DNA of 63,200 bases, the filler included, from Hausera hauseri (lineage: Eukaryota): NCBI GenBank assembly GCA_046269625.1. It is 11 parts of 11 records of this genome, joined end to end, with 100 filler letters (N's around TTAATTAATTAA, not from the genome) between each part and the next. Parts side by side here need not be neighbours in the genome. Positions count along the whole stretch, not along the records: positions 50,051 to 55,538 come from JBJURY010243959.1; positions 55,639 to 63,200 come from JBJURY010006456.1; 9 more parts are not named here. One strand, given 5' to 3'. Below, piece after piece: positions 51,181-63,200 of this stretch. The notes below the pieces were generated by a model, which did not search any database, had not been told where the DNA came from, and was given only the letters and a program-made list of their open reading frames with translations. Numbering within the stretch: position 1 is the stretch's first letter; each line of letters begins with the position of its first letter. Both the position numbers and the translations under genes were made by a program.

Positions 51181-52328
51181 TCTAAGGTCCCACCTTAAAA
51201 TAACATAAAATTTAAAATCACAATTTAATATCATGGTTTCGGTCAAATAAAATATACCAAAATCAAATTTTTTAACATACCAAAATACAAAATAGAAATA
51301 TTAAAAATCGGGATCACAAGTGCCGAAGTAACTAGCACTTGTAATAAATAAAAAAACTAACAATCAAAATCTGCGGATGCAAATCCATTTGTTTGAATCC
51401 ACAGTTTAAAAAAGATCAGAATTATTTAAAAAACATCTCTACATTAATGTCAGAAACGTCGCATACAGTTGGGAAGGGTCGCACAACGGAGAAGTCAATC
51501 ATGTCTGTGCCGCTTCCCGTCAAACCGAAAATCGGTGAACCTATAACCGGAAACCACGTACGGCAATCACTTCACAACCGGAAGTCAACAAAGTCATTAA
51601 TTTGACATCAGGATACCGAATCCCTAAATGGTCCCAACCAGAACTGGCGAGAACACAAGGCCCGGATAACAGTCCAGTCTCAACCCTCAAGCCAGAGCAG
51701 CCATACTCGACCTGGCGAGATACCGCCTCCCGCGGAAAATGACACCGCAACACCGAAAAGACAGCCCCGTAACGGTCCTACTCGGACTTTCTGACGGTAC
51801 GGGAGCTATTGCAGCGGAGCCGCTTCATACGACACCTAGTCAGGTTGGGCCGAAATGACCCCTACTCTTTACCCGTGGGAACACTCCATCGGTTCTACAA
51901 GGACGGGGAGAATCGACGTCTCTTTGACTCGTCGGTTTTCCTGCCGGTCTTCCTGAGATTGATGACGGCAGCAGACCGCCTCTACGAATCATTAGCTCCC
52001 TCGGAGAGCCAGCTGATCCCGTTACACCGACACTCCGAACAACGGCAGGTTAAGATGGTGAGCCCCAACGACTTACCGAACCTGCGTCGCAAACGCCGTC
52101 CTGACCCAGCACGAAGGAAACCTGGGCCGTTGGATTCAACCTCGGACGACGCTCCGACTTGCACACGCCGAAATCTCCAAACTGATCCGGCACTGTCGTC
52201 GACGGACGCACCATACGCCTCGGCTGGCGAACCAATGGTAGAACAAAATAAATGTTTTAAATCTTACTTGTTCTTCATTTTTTGTTTTGCGTTTTATAAC
52301 ATTTAATTACTCTAAAATGGTGGCAGCG
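51181..52328 (+). mobile_element. Putative ~1.1-kb LTR with tRNA-Leu-type PBS (TGGTGGCAGCG, 52318-52328)
   Basis: Interrupts the RT fragment. AATAAA ~52247 with a T-rich tract. The PBS is complementary to the 3' end of animal tRNA-Leu. TG/CA termini are degenerate. Confidence 0.5.
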
Positions 52329-52339
52329 AATACCGCACA

Positions 52340-55300
52340 CACGTCCCTTTCGTACAGAACCGTACATACTGCTCCGGGCATTTCGACAAATTCGGGCATT
52401 TCGTAATCCGGCTCAAACTTAAAGAAATACCATGGAAATGAATCCGGTAAATACATTCACTAAGCAGTAGAAAACAATCCGGGCACAAATACCCACATCA
52501 TTAAACGTGACGACACAAGACCCGCCAACCATACGACCATCAACAAGAAAATTACAATGAGCTATTCTGAACAAATGCTAAACTATACTAGCACTAGCAC
52601 GCACGATGATAACGCGAACTCGGCGCACAAATCCGATAAAGCAGCGACTCCGCAAGAAATCCAGCTTCTTGTGCGTGACCTACACAACACGAGAGCACAT
52701 CATTTCTCGTCTAATATGTCCGTGAAGGCGATGCTACAATAGCTCGCGAGCTCTTATCCGGACCACTCTTTCTTACATAACGCAAGGATCTTGCGGCCAT
52801 GGAATAATCCCATTTCGGACTATTTCCCCACACACAATGCGACACTGCTGGAACACCTAAAATGAAAGGGCGTTGACACAATTACGCTTGACAAAAAAGC
52901 CGAAACACATCATCTGCACCGGCCAAACCTCCAAAATTAGCGTGTCCCACTTTCTTCATAGGTTCGGATGGAACTCCATTGAAGTGGTTCCATGTGTTTG
53001 AAACATGGGCTATTCAATGCAGCATCACCGGCCAACTAAACAAGGCCTTAACATTAATACAGTACATGCAGCCAACAACGCTTGGACACATTATTGTCAG
53101 ATAAAAAGCCGTTTGACAAAACCAAAGCAGCCATATGCAAAGCATATCTGCCATCCCAACAAGACCAATTCAACCTGGTTTTCACCAAGCGATAGACAGG
53201 GAATATGAAACCTTCTGCTCTGCTTCAAAAGTTACGCTCAGACTTGAGCAATTCTGAGTTGGACCTCCACAGCAACCAGCACATATTACGACGCTGCTTC
53301 CTGAGTAGTTTGCCAAACCAAATTCAGGCGGCCCCTGTGCTATTACCGCCCGACACGACATTGGACAATATGGCATCAAAAGCCGACAAAATATATGAGT
53401 GCACTAAAGGCACCGTAGAATCCGCATTGATGGAAAACATCAACTCCGTCACAGCGACCCAGCAAAGTCAGCTGGACACAATTATTGCCGCACTGCAGAC
53501 ACTTGTAAAGCACAAGAATACGCCAGCCAGAGACAAACTTTTATCTCGGTGCCAATCCCCCAAGAGAAAGAAAGGCGAATTTCCCACTATTTGCCATTTC
53601 CACGCACGATTTGGCGAATCCGCCTACAAATGTTACTATGGTTGTCAATTCGACAAGCCATCTGCAAGTATAAAAATGCAAGACACTTGAATTTATCACA
53701 ATCATTTCGGTCCAGATGCAAAAATCTGTCGACGCAGCTGCAAATTTCACAAACCATCAAAAAACTAAATGGGCCCAGACAACCAACGATGCATCGACTG
53801 GAAATCCAATCACCACAACTGCCGTATGCAAATAGCAAACGCATTGTCGATGCTATTTTTACTCTCGAGGTGGAGCCACTACACTCTGACATCTCGAAAC
53901 AACTCGACTTTCTAATCGACACTGGTGCAGCTTTATCGCTGATACCTAGCGCATACACTAGACATACGCTGGTCTCGCACGCATTGCTCAAAGCTGCCAA
54001 TGGCACGCTAATAGCAACCACAGGTACACTGTACATGCAATTTCATCTACAAAGCCGACCATACGCTTGGTTATTCATATTGGCCGATTATTCGCACCAT
54101 TGCTTTAAGCGCAATAATCTAACTTGTTGAAACGCTTAACAAAACCAACACAGAACGAGGTGAAAACATCATACTTTCTCGTCATATCATGTGACCGACC
54201 GATTCGGCAACCCCGGAGGGAGCTTGACCCTGTCAAGAGAACAGTCGCGGAAGCCGAATTCCGACACCTTGAAGAAGCTGGCATAATACGCCGCTTTACA
54301 TCACCGTGGTCATCACTATTACACATGGTTTTCAAAAAGAACGGTTCATACCGGCCTTGTGTTGACCACAGAATGTTACATAACGTCACCATCCATGATT
54401 CATACCAAACACCGTTGGCAACAGATATGTTGCATTACCTACATGGTGCCGCAATAATCAGCACAATCGATCTGGAAAGCCACCATATCCCAGTGGCTAC
54501 CAAAGACATTCCAAAAACAGCCTTAAGTATGCCTTTTGGTTTGTTTCAGTATCTACGCATGCCCTTCGGCTTATTGAATGCAAGTCAAACATTCCAACGC
54601 CGCATAGACCAAGTCCTCATCGACATTCCTTATGTAATCCCATGTATAGATGACATATTTATTGCATCACCCGATGAAGCGACTCACAAAACACATTTCG
54701 AACATGTGTTTCATAGGTTGAATGAAAACAACTTACAGTTGAACATTAACAAATCTTCATTCTTTAAAAATGAAGCCGTATTTCTCCTACTTCGGTTAAC
54801 ACCATGTGGTCATAGTCCACTTCCTGAGAGACTAAAAACCGTCAAACAAATACCGAAGCCATCCACAGTGACTCGACTTCGCAGCTTCCTTGGCACGATC
54901 AATTTCTGCCATCGCTACATTCCACACTGCTCGGAAATCCTGTCACCTCTATCTGCTCTAAGTAAAGGACCCAAGAAATCCCAGGTAAATTGGACGGATA
55001 AAGCTGAACAGGCATTTGCCAATGCAAAAACGGCGCTTTTTCGCATACCTACACTACACTATCCTAAACGAGATGCACCGTTTATCTTAACAACAGATGC
55101 ATCCACCATCGCTGCAGGTGCCCTGCTTGCCCAGTCAATCGAGGATAAAAATGCTCCCAGTGAATTCTTTTCCCACAAATTTAATTCGGCTGAGCAACGC
55201 TATTCAACTTTCAACCGAGAATTACTAGCCATAATTCTCAGTGTCAAACACTTCAGACATTTCCTCGAAGAAAATGTGTTCACAATCCGCACGGATCACA

Positions 55301-55538
55301 AAGCACTCATACATGATAAGTATGAAAAACCATCGATTCGTCAATATCGACACATCTCATTTCTGTCGAAATTCTCATTCCAGATAGAACACATAACTGG
55401 AAAAGATAACACAATTGCTGATTTTTTTCCAGAACTGGAATATCGACAATATCCTTTGACCCAATTTTCACGGAAGAGGTTCTCAGATCGAACCCTCCAC
55501 ATGAACACGATGTTACGTTTTTCAAAACAGTCGACACA
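52340..55538 (+). mobile_element. CsRn1-like Gypsy 5' half (gag, PR, RT, RNase H), second subfamily
   Basis: KPSALLQKLR, ICHFHARFGESAYKCYYGC plus a second knuckle, FLIDTGAALS, ORF 54124-55590 (MPFGL, CIDD, TTDAS). Confidence 0.94.
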
Positions 55539-55638
55539 NNNNNNNNNNNNNNNNNNNNNNNNNNNNNNNNNNNNNNNNNNNNTTAATTAATTAANNNNNN
55601 NNNNNNNNNNNNNNNNNNNNNNNNNNNNNNNNNNNNNN

Positions 55639-58600
55639 TTAAAAAAAGGGGGTTAAAAATAATGAAACCGGAATCACGCCAGAATGCTTTGCTTTTGGGT
55701 GGGAATAGTGAAACCTCAAACACTCCAGAATGCTTCGATTTTGGGGTGGAAATATTGAATCCACGATTACGCCAGAATGCTTTATTTTTGCGGGTGGGAA
55801 TAGTGAAACCACGATCACGTTAGAATGCCTTGTTTTTGGGGGTAAGTATAATAAAATCTCGATCACACCAGAATGCTTTATTTTCGGGGGTGGTAATAGT
55901 GAAATCTAGATCACGCCAGAGTGCTTCGTTTTTGGGTGTGGGAATAGTGAAACAACGACCACGCCAGAGTGCTTTATTCAAGGGGTGGAAATAGTGAACC
56001 ACGATTACGCCAGAAATTCCTTTGTTCACTACCAAAATTTAAAAAAAGGCGGGTGGGAATGGTAAAACCAGAATCACGCCAGGATGCTTTGTTTTTAAAA
56101 GTTGGAAAAGTGGAACCACGATCACGCCAGAATTCTTTGTTTTTGGGGTTGGGAATAGTGAATGCAGGATCATGCTAGAATGCTTTGTTTTTGTGGGCGG
56201 GAATAGTGAACCAAGTTCACGACTGAGTGCTTCGTTTTTGGGGGTTGGTATAGCGCAACCAAGATCATTCCAGAATGCTTTGTTTTTGGGGTTGATTATA
56301 GTGAAACCAGGATCACGCCAAAAATCCCCTTGTTCACTACCAAAATTTAAACAAAAAGGGGGCGGGAATAGTGAAACCACGATCACTCCAGAACGCTTTG
56401 TTTTTTGGGGTGAAAATAGTAAATCAACTATAACGAGGGAATGCTTTGTTTTGGGAGTGGGAATAGTGAATCTACGAACACGCCAGAATTTTTTATTCGA
56501 GGGGAAGGAATAGTGAAACCACGATCATGCCATAATACATTGCTTTTGATGTTGGGAATAGTTAAACCAGGATTATGCCAAAACTCTTTGCTTTTTGGGG
56601 ATGGGAGTAGTGATATCAAGATCACGCCAGTATGCTTTGTTTTTGAAGGTGTAAATAATAAAACCACCATAACGCCAGAGTGATTTGCTTTTGCTGGTGG
56701 TAACAATGAAAGCACGATCACACCATAATGCTTGGTTTTGGTGGTGGGAATAGTGAAATCACGAATAGTGAAATAAATATCACGCCAGAATGCTTTGTTT
56801 TTGAGAAATGGAATAATAAATCCACGATCATTCCAGAATGCTTTGTTTTTAAAGTCGGGAATAATGAAACCTAAACCACACCAGAATGCTTCGTTTGGGA
56901 GCGGGAATAGTGAATTTACGATCATGCCAGAATGCTTTGTTTTTAAGGGTGGGAATAGTAAAACCACAACTACGTCGGAATGCTTCGTTTTTGGGGGTGG
57001 GAACAGTGATATCACGATCACGCCAGAATGCTTTCTTTTTGGGTATAGGAATAGTGAATCCACGATTACTGCAGAATGCTTTGCTTTGGTGGTGAGAATG
57101 GTGAAACGGTGATTGGGCCAGAATACTTTTTTCGAGGGTTGGAAATAGTGAAACTACGATCACGCTAGAATTCTTTGTTTTTGCGGTGGTAATAGTGAAA
57201 CCACGACTACGCCGGAATGCTTTCCTTTTGTGGGTGGGAATAGTGAAATAACGATCACGCCAGAATGCTTTGTTTTGAGAAAGGGAGTAATAAATCCACG
57301 ATCACTCTAGAATGCTTTGATTTGGGAGTGGTAATAATGAATCAACGATGACGCCAAAATTGCTTTGTTTTTGCGTTGGGAATAGTAAAACCAGGATCAT
57401 GCCAGAACGGTTTGTTTTTGGGGGTGAAATTAGTAAAACCACGATCACGAGAGAATGCTTTGTTTTTGCGGGTGGGAATAGTAAAACCAGGATCACGCTA
57501 GAATGCTTTATTCCACGGGTGGTAATAATGAAATCACGATCACGCCAGAATGCTTTTTTCAAGGGGTGGTAATAGTAAAACCACGATCAGGCCAGAAATT
57601 CCTTTGTTTACTACCAAAATTTAAAAAAAGGGGGTTAAAAATAATGAAACCGGAATCACGCCAGAATGCTTTGCTTTTGGGTGGGAATAGTGAAACCACG
57701 ATCACGCCAGAAATCCTTTTGTTCACTACCAAAATTTAAAGCAATGTGGTTGGAATAGTGAAACGACAATAACGACAGAATGCGTTGTTTTTGGGAGTGT
57801 AAATAATGAAGCCAAAATCATGCGAGAATGCTTTAATTTGGGGGTGGGAACAATGAAACCACGATCACGCCTAAATGGTTTGTTTCAGGGGTGGGAATAG
57901 TGAAACCATTCATCCCAGAATGCTTTGTTTTTGGGATTGGGAATAGTAAAACTGCGATCAGGAGGGGATACTTTGCTTTTGGAGGTGGGAGTAGTGAAAC
58001 CTGGATCACTTCCGAATGCTTTGTTTTTGGGGTTTGGAACAGTAAAATCACGATCATGCCAGAATGCTTCGTTTTTGGAGTGGGAAGAGTGAAACCACGA
58101 TAACGCCAGAATGATTTGCATCTTGGCTGAGAATGGTGAAAGCACGATCACGCCAGAAATCCCTCGTTTACTACCAAAATTTAAACAAAAAGGGGGTGGG
58201 AATAGTAAAACCATGATGACGTCTGAATGCATTGTTTTTGGGGTTGGGAACAGTAAAATCACGATCACGCTAGGATGCTTCGTTTTTTGAGTGGGAAGAG
58301 TGAAACCACGATAACGCCAGAAATCCCTCGTTCACTACCCAAATTTAAACAAAAAGGGGGTGGGAATAGGAAAACCATGATGACGCCGGAATGATTTGTT
58401 TTTGTTCTGTAAACAGTAAAATCACGATCACGCCAGGATGCTTTGTTTTGGGGTTGGTAATAGTGAAACCAGGATCATGCCAGAATGCCTTTTGCCAGGG
58501 GTGTTAATAGTGAAACCACGATCACGCCAGTATACTTTTCGTTAGGGGTGGGAGTAGTGAATTTACGACCACGCCAGAATGCTTTTTTCCGGGGTGCGAA

Positions 58601-61600
58601 TGGTAAAACTAGGATCATGCCAGAATGCTTTGATTTGGGGGTGGGAGTAGTTAAACCATGATCACGACAGAATACTTTGCTTTGGGGGTGGGAGTAGTGA
58701 AACCATTATTACGCCCGAATGCTTTGTTGTTGGGGTTGGGAACAGTAAAATTACGATCATGCCAGAATGCTTTGTTTTTTGGCGTGGGAATAGTAAAACG
58801 CGATCCTGACAAAATGCTTTGTTTTAGGAGGTGGGAGTAGTGAAACCTGGATCACTCCCGAATGCTTTGATTTTGGGGTTGGGAACAGTAAAATCACGAT
58901 CATACCAGAATGCTTCGTTTTTGGAGTGGGGAGAGTGAAACCACGATAACGCCAGAATGCTTTGTTTTGGGGTGGGATTAGTGAAACCAGGATTATGCCA
59001 GAATGCCTTTGCCACGGGTGTTAATAGTAAAACCACGATCACGCCAGAATACTTTTTGCTAGGGCTGGGAATAGTGTATTCACGACTACGCCAGAATGCT
59101 TTCTTTTGGGGGTGGAAATGGTGAATCCTCGATCACGCCAGAATGTTTTGTTTTTGTGGTAGGAAATAATGAAACCAGGATCATATCATAACGCTTTATT
59201 TTGGGGTGGGAATAGAGATACCGCGATCACGCCAGAATGCTTTGTTTTTGGCGTTGGGAATGGTGAAACCAGAATCATGCCAGAACGGTTTGTTTTCGGG
59301 GGTAAATTTAGTGAAACCACCATCTCAAGAGAATGCTTTTTTGGGGGGTGGGAATAGTGAAACCACGATAACGTCGGAATGCTTTGCTTTGTGGTAGGAG
59401 CAATGAAATTACGATTATGCCAGAATGCTTTCTTATTGGGTACAGGAAAATTGAATCCATGATCACGCCAGGATGCTTTGTTTTGTCGGGTCTGTAATAG
59501 TGAAACCACGATTACGCCAAAATGCTTTGCTTCTTGGGTGGGAATAGTGAAAACAGGATCACGCTAAAATGTTTTGTTTTGGTGTACGGGAATAGTAAAC
59601 CACGATCACGCCAGAATACTTTTTGCTAGGGTTGGGAATAGTGAATTCACGAACGCGCCAGAATGCTTTCTTTTGGGGGTGGGAATGGTGAAACCACGAT
59701 CACGCCATAATGTTTTGTTTTTGGTGTAGGAAATAATGAAACCAGGATCATGCCATAACGCTTTACTTGGTGGTGAGAATAGTGATACCGCGGTCACTCC
59801 AGAATGCTTTGTTTTTGGCGTTGTGAATAGTGAAACCAGAATCATTCCACAACGGTTTGTTTTTGGGGGTAAAATTAGTGAAACCACGATCACGAAAAAA
59901 TGCTTTCTTTTGGGGTGGGAATAGTGAAACCACGATCACGCCGAAAAGGTTTGATCGAAACAGGGGAAAAGTGAAACCAGGATCATCCCAGAATGCTTTG
60001 ATTTTGGGGATGGGAGTAGTTAAACCATGATCACGACAGAATACTTTGTCTTTGGGGGTTGGAGTAGTGAAATCATGATCACGCCGGAATGTTTTGTTTT
60101 TGGGGTTGAGAACAGTAAAATCACGATCATGCCAGATTGCTTTGTTTTTGGGGCTGGGAATAGTAAAACGCGATCACGACAGAATACTTTGTTTTTGGAG
60201 GTGGGAGTAGTGAAACCAGGATTATGCCAGAGTACCTTTGCCACGGGTGTTAATAGGAAAACCACGATCACGCCAGAATACTTTTTGCTAGGGTTGGGAA
60301 TAGTGAATTCACGACAACGCCAGAATGCTTTCTTTTGGTGGTGGGGATGGTGAATCCTCGATCACGCCAGAATGTTTTGTTTTTGTGGTAGGAAATAATG
60401 AAACCAGGATCATATCATAACGCTTTATTTTGGGGTGGGAATAGAGATACCGCGATCACGCCAGAATGCTTTGTTTTTGGCGTTGGGAATGGTGAAACCA
60501 GAATCATGCCAGAACGGTTTGTTTTCGGGGGTAAATTTAGTGAAACCACCATCTCAAGAGAATGCTTTTTTGGGGGGTGGGAATAGTGAAACCACGATAA
60601 CGCCGGAGTGCTTTGTTTTTGCGGGTGGGAATAGTGATCCCACGATCACGCCAGAATGCTTTGTTTTTGGAGGTCGGATAAGTGACATCACGATCATTCC
60701 CGAATTCTTTATTTTTGGGGGTGAAAATAATAAATCCACGATCACGTAGAATGCTTCGATTTTGGGGTGGAAAGAGTGAAACCACGATGACGCTGGGGTG
60801 CTTTGATTTGCGGGTGGGATTAGTGAAACCACCATTACGCAGGAATGCTTTGTTTTTGTGGTTGGAACAATGAAATTACGATCACGCCAGAATGCTGTGA
60901 TCTTGGATCGGGAATAGTGAAACCACGATCACGACAGAATGCTATTTTTTGGGGTGGGAATAGTGAAACCACGATCACGCCGGAATGGTTTGTTCCAGGC
61001 GTGGGAATAGTGAAACAAGGATCATCTCAGAATGTTTTGTTTTTTACGGTCGGAACAGTACACCTCCATCACGCCACAATGCTTTTTGCCAGGGGTGGGA
61101 ATAGTGAAACCAGGATCATGCCAGAATGCTTTCTTTTTGGGGGTGAGAATACTGAAACCACGATCACGAAAGGAAGCTTTCTTTTTGGTGTAGGAATAGT
61201 GAAAGCACGATCGCACCAGAAGTCCCTCGTTTACTAGCAAAATTTAAACAAAAGGGGGTGCGAATAGTGAAACCACGATCACGCCGGTATGCTTGTTTTT
61301 CGGGTGGGAATAGTGAAACCAGGATCACGCCAGAATGCTTTATTTTTTGGGGCGGGAATAGTACATCCACGATCATGTAGAATGCTTCGGTTTTGGCTGG
61401 AAAGAGTGAAACCACCATCACGCCGAAATGCTTTGTTTTGTGGTGGGAACATTAAAATCACGATCACGCCAGAATGCTTTGATTTCGGGTTAGGAATAGT
61501 GAAACCACTGTCACGCCAGAATGCTTTGCTTCGGGGTTGGGATTAGTGAAACCACGATCATTCCAGAACGCTTTGTTTTTGGGGGTGAAAATAGTAAATC

Positions 61601-63200
61601 TGCGATCACGAAAGAATGCTTTCTTTTTGGGGTGGGAAATGTGAAACCAGGATCACGCCAGAATGCTTTGCTTCTTGAGTGGAAATGGTTAAAGCACGAT
61701 CACACCAGAAATCCCTCGTTCACTACCAAAATTTAAACAAAAAGGGGGTTGGAATAGTAAAACCACGATCACGCCAGTATGCTTGATTTCCGAGTGGGAA
61801 TAGTGAAAGGCGATCACGACAAAATGTTTTGTTTCTCGGGGTGTAAATAGTAAATCCACGGTGACGTAGAATGTTTTGTTTTTGGGGTGGAAAGAGTGAA
61901 ACCACCATCACGTCGGAATGCTTTGTTTATGTGGTGAGAACAGTGAAATCACGATCACTTCCGAATGCTTCGTTTTTAGAGTGGGAAGAGTAAAACCACG
62001 ATAACGCCAGAATGCTTTGTTTTGGGGTGGGATTAGTGAAACCAGGATTATGCCAGAATACCTTTGCCACGGTTGTTAATAGTAAATCTACGATCACGCA
62101 GAATGCTTTATTTTTGGGGTGGAAAGAGTGAAACCACGATGACGCTGGAATTCTTTGTTTTTGCGGGTGAGATTAGTGAAACCACCATCACGTCGGAATG
62201 CTTTGCTTTTGTGGTGGGAACATTGAAATTACTATCACGCCAGAATGCTGTGATTTGGCGTTGGGAATAGTGAAACCACCATCATGCCAGAGTGCTTTCT
62301 TTTTGGGTACAGGAATAGTGAATCCACGATCACGCCAGGATGCTTTGTTTTTGGGGTTGGCAATAGTGAAATCAGGATCATGCCAGAATAGTGAAACCGA
62401 GATCACTCCAGAATACTTTTTGCTAGGGGTGGGAATAGTGAATTCACGACCACGCCAGAATGCTTTCTTTTGGGGATGGGAGTAGTGAAACCATGATCAC
62501 TCCCAAATGTTTTGTTTTTGGGGTTGGGAACAGTAAAATCACGATCATGCCAGAATGCTTTGTTTTTGGTGGTGGGAATAGTAAAACGCGATCGCGACAG
62601 AATACTTTGTTTTTTTGGGTGGGAGTAGTTAAACCATGATCACCACAGAATACTTTGTTTTTGGAGTGGGAGTAGTGAAATCATGATCACTTCGAATGTT
62701 TTGCTTTTGGGGTTGGGAACAGTAAAATCACGATCATGCCAGATTGCTTTGTTTTTTGGCGTGGGAATAGTAAAACGCGATCCTGACAAAATGCTTTGTT
62801 TTTGGAGGTGGGAGTAGTGAAACATGGATCACTCCCGAATGCTTTGTTTTTGTGGTTGGGAACAGTAAAATCACGATCATGCCAGAATGCTTCGCTTTTG
62901 GAGTGGGAATAGTGAAGCCACGATAACGCCAGAATGCTTTGTTTTGGGGTGGGATTAGTGAAACCAGGATTATGCCAGAATGCCTTTACCACGCGTGTTA
63001 ATAGTAAAACCACGATCACGTTAGAATACTTTTTGCTAGGGGTGGGATTATTGTATTCACGACCACGCCAGAATGCTTTTTTTGGGGGTGGGAATGGTAA
63101 AACCACGATCACGCCAGAATGTTTTGTTTTTGGCGTTGGAAATAGTGAAACCATAATCATTCCAGAACGGTTTGTTTTTGGGGGTAAAATTAGTGAAACC
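55639..63200. repeat. Satellite array, ~47-bp diverged monomer
   Basis: Approximate consensus GGGGTGGGAATAGTGAAACCACGATCACGCCAGAATGCTTTGTTTTT, head-to-tail for >7.5 kb, with occasional longer variant monomers. Confidence 0.98.

Noticed and set aside
55639-63200. CRISPR-like array or repeat-protein gene (many overlapping ORFs)
   Set aside because: Contiguous diverged monomers with no unique spacers and no cas genes. A ~47-bp unit is not a multiple of 3, and ORFs occur in all frames.

Overview
Repeat-rich eukaryotic (animal) DNA. The window is 11 unrelated short contigs joined by an artificial 100-bp spacer (N44-TTAATTAATTAA-N44), so nothing can be linked across spacers. Contents: six decayed copies of a CsRn1/Boudicca-like Ty3/Gypsy lineage (Gag with two tandem C-X2-H-X9-C-X3-C knuckles); other Gypsy fragments and LTRs; three decayed Polinton/Maverick protein-primed DNA polymerase B copies and an adenain-type protease; Tigger/pogo and Tc1/mariner remnants; a probably domesticated pogo-derived gene; scrambled host-gene pieces (TTC39-DCTN1 chimera, AGC-like kinase, SARM1-TIR fragment, FHA fragment); and >7.5 kb of ~47-bp satellite. 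Most unusual signal: the CsRn1-like elements appear to end in homologous ~100-nt GC-rich, structured TG-starting units. These face outward from gag-pol at both ends, each follows a purine tract, no tRNA primer site follows the 5' unit, and host-gene fragments lie directly beyond. Second: an LTR element whose 3' region encodes a DEDDh exonuclease-like domain plus three RING-like fingers. All assignments come from reading and translating by eye; no searches were run.
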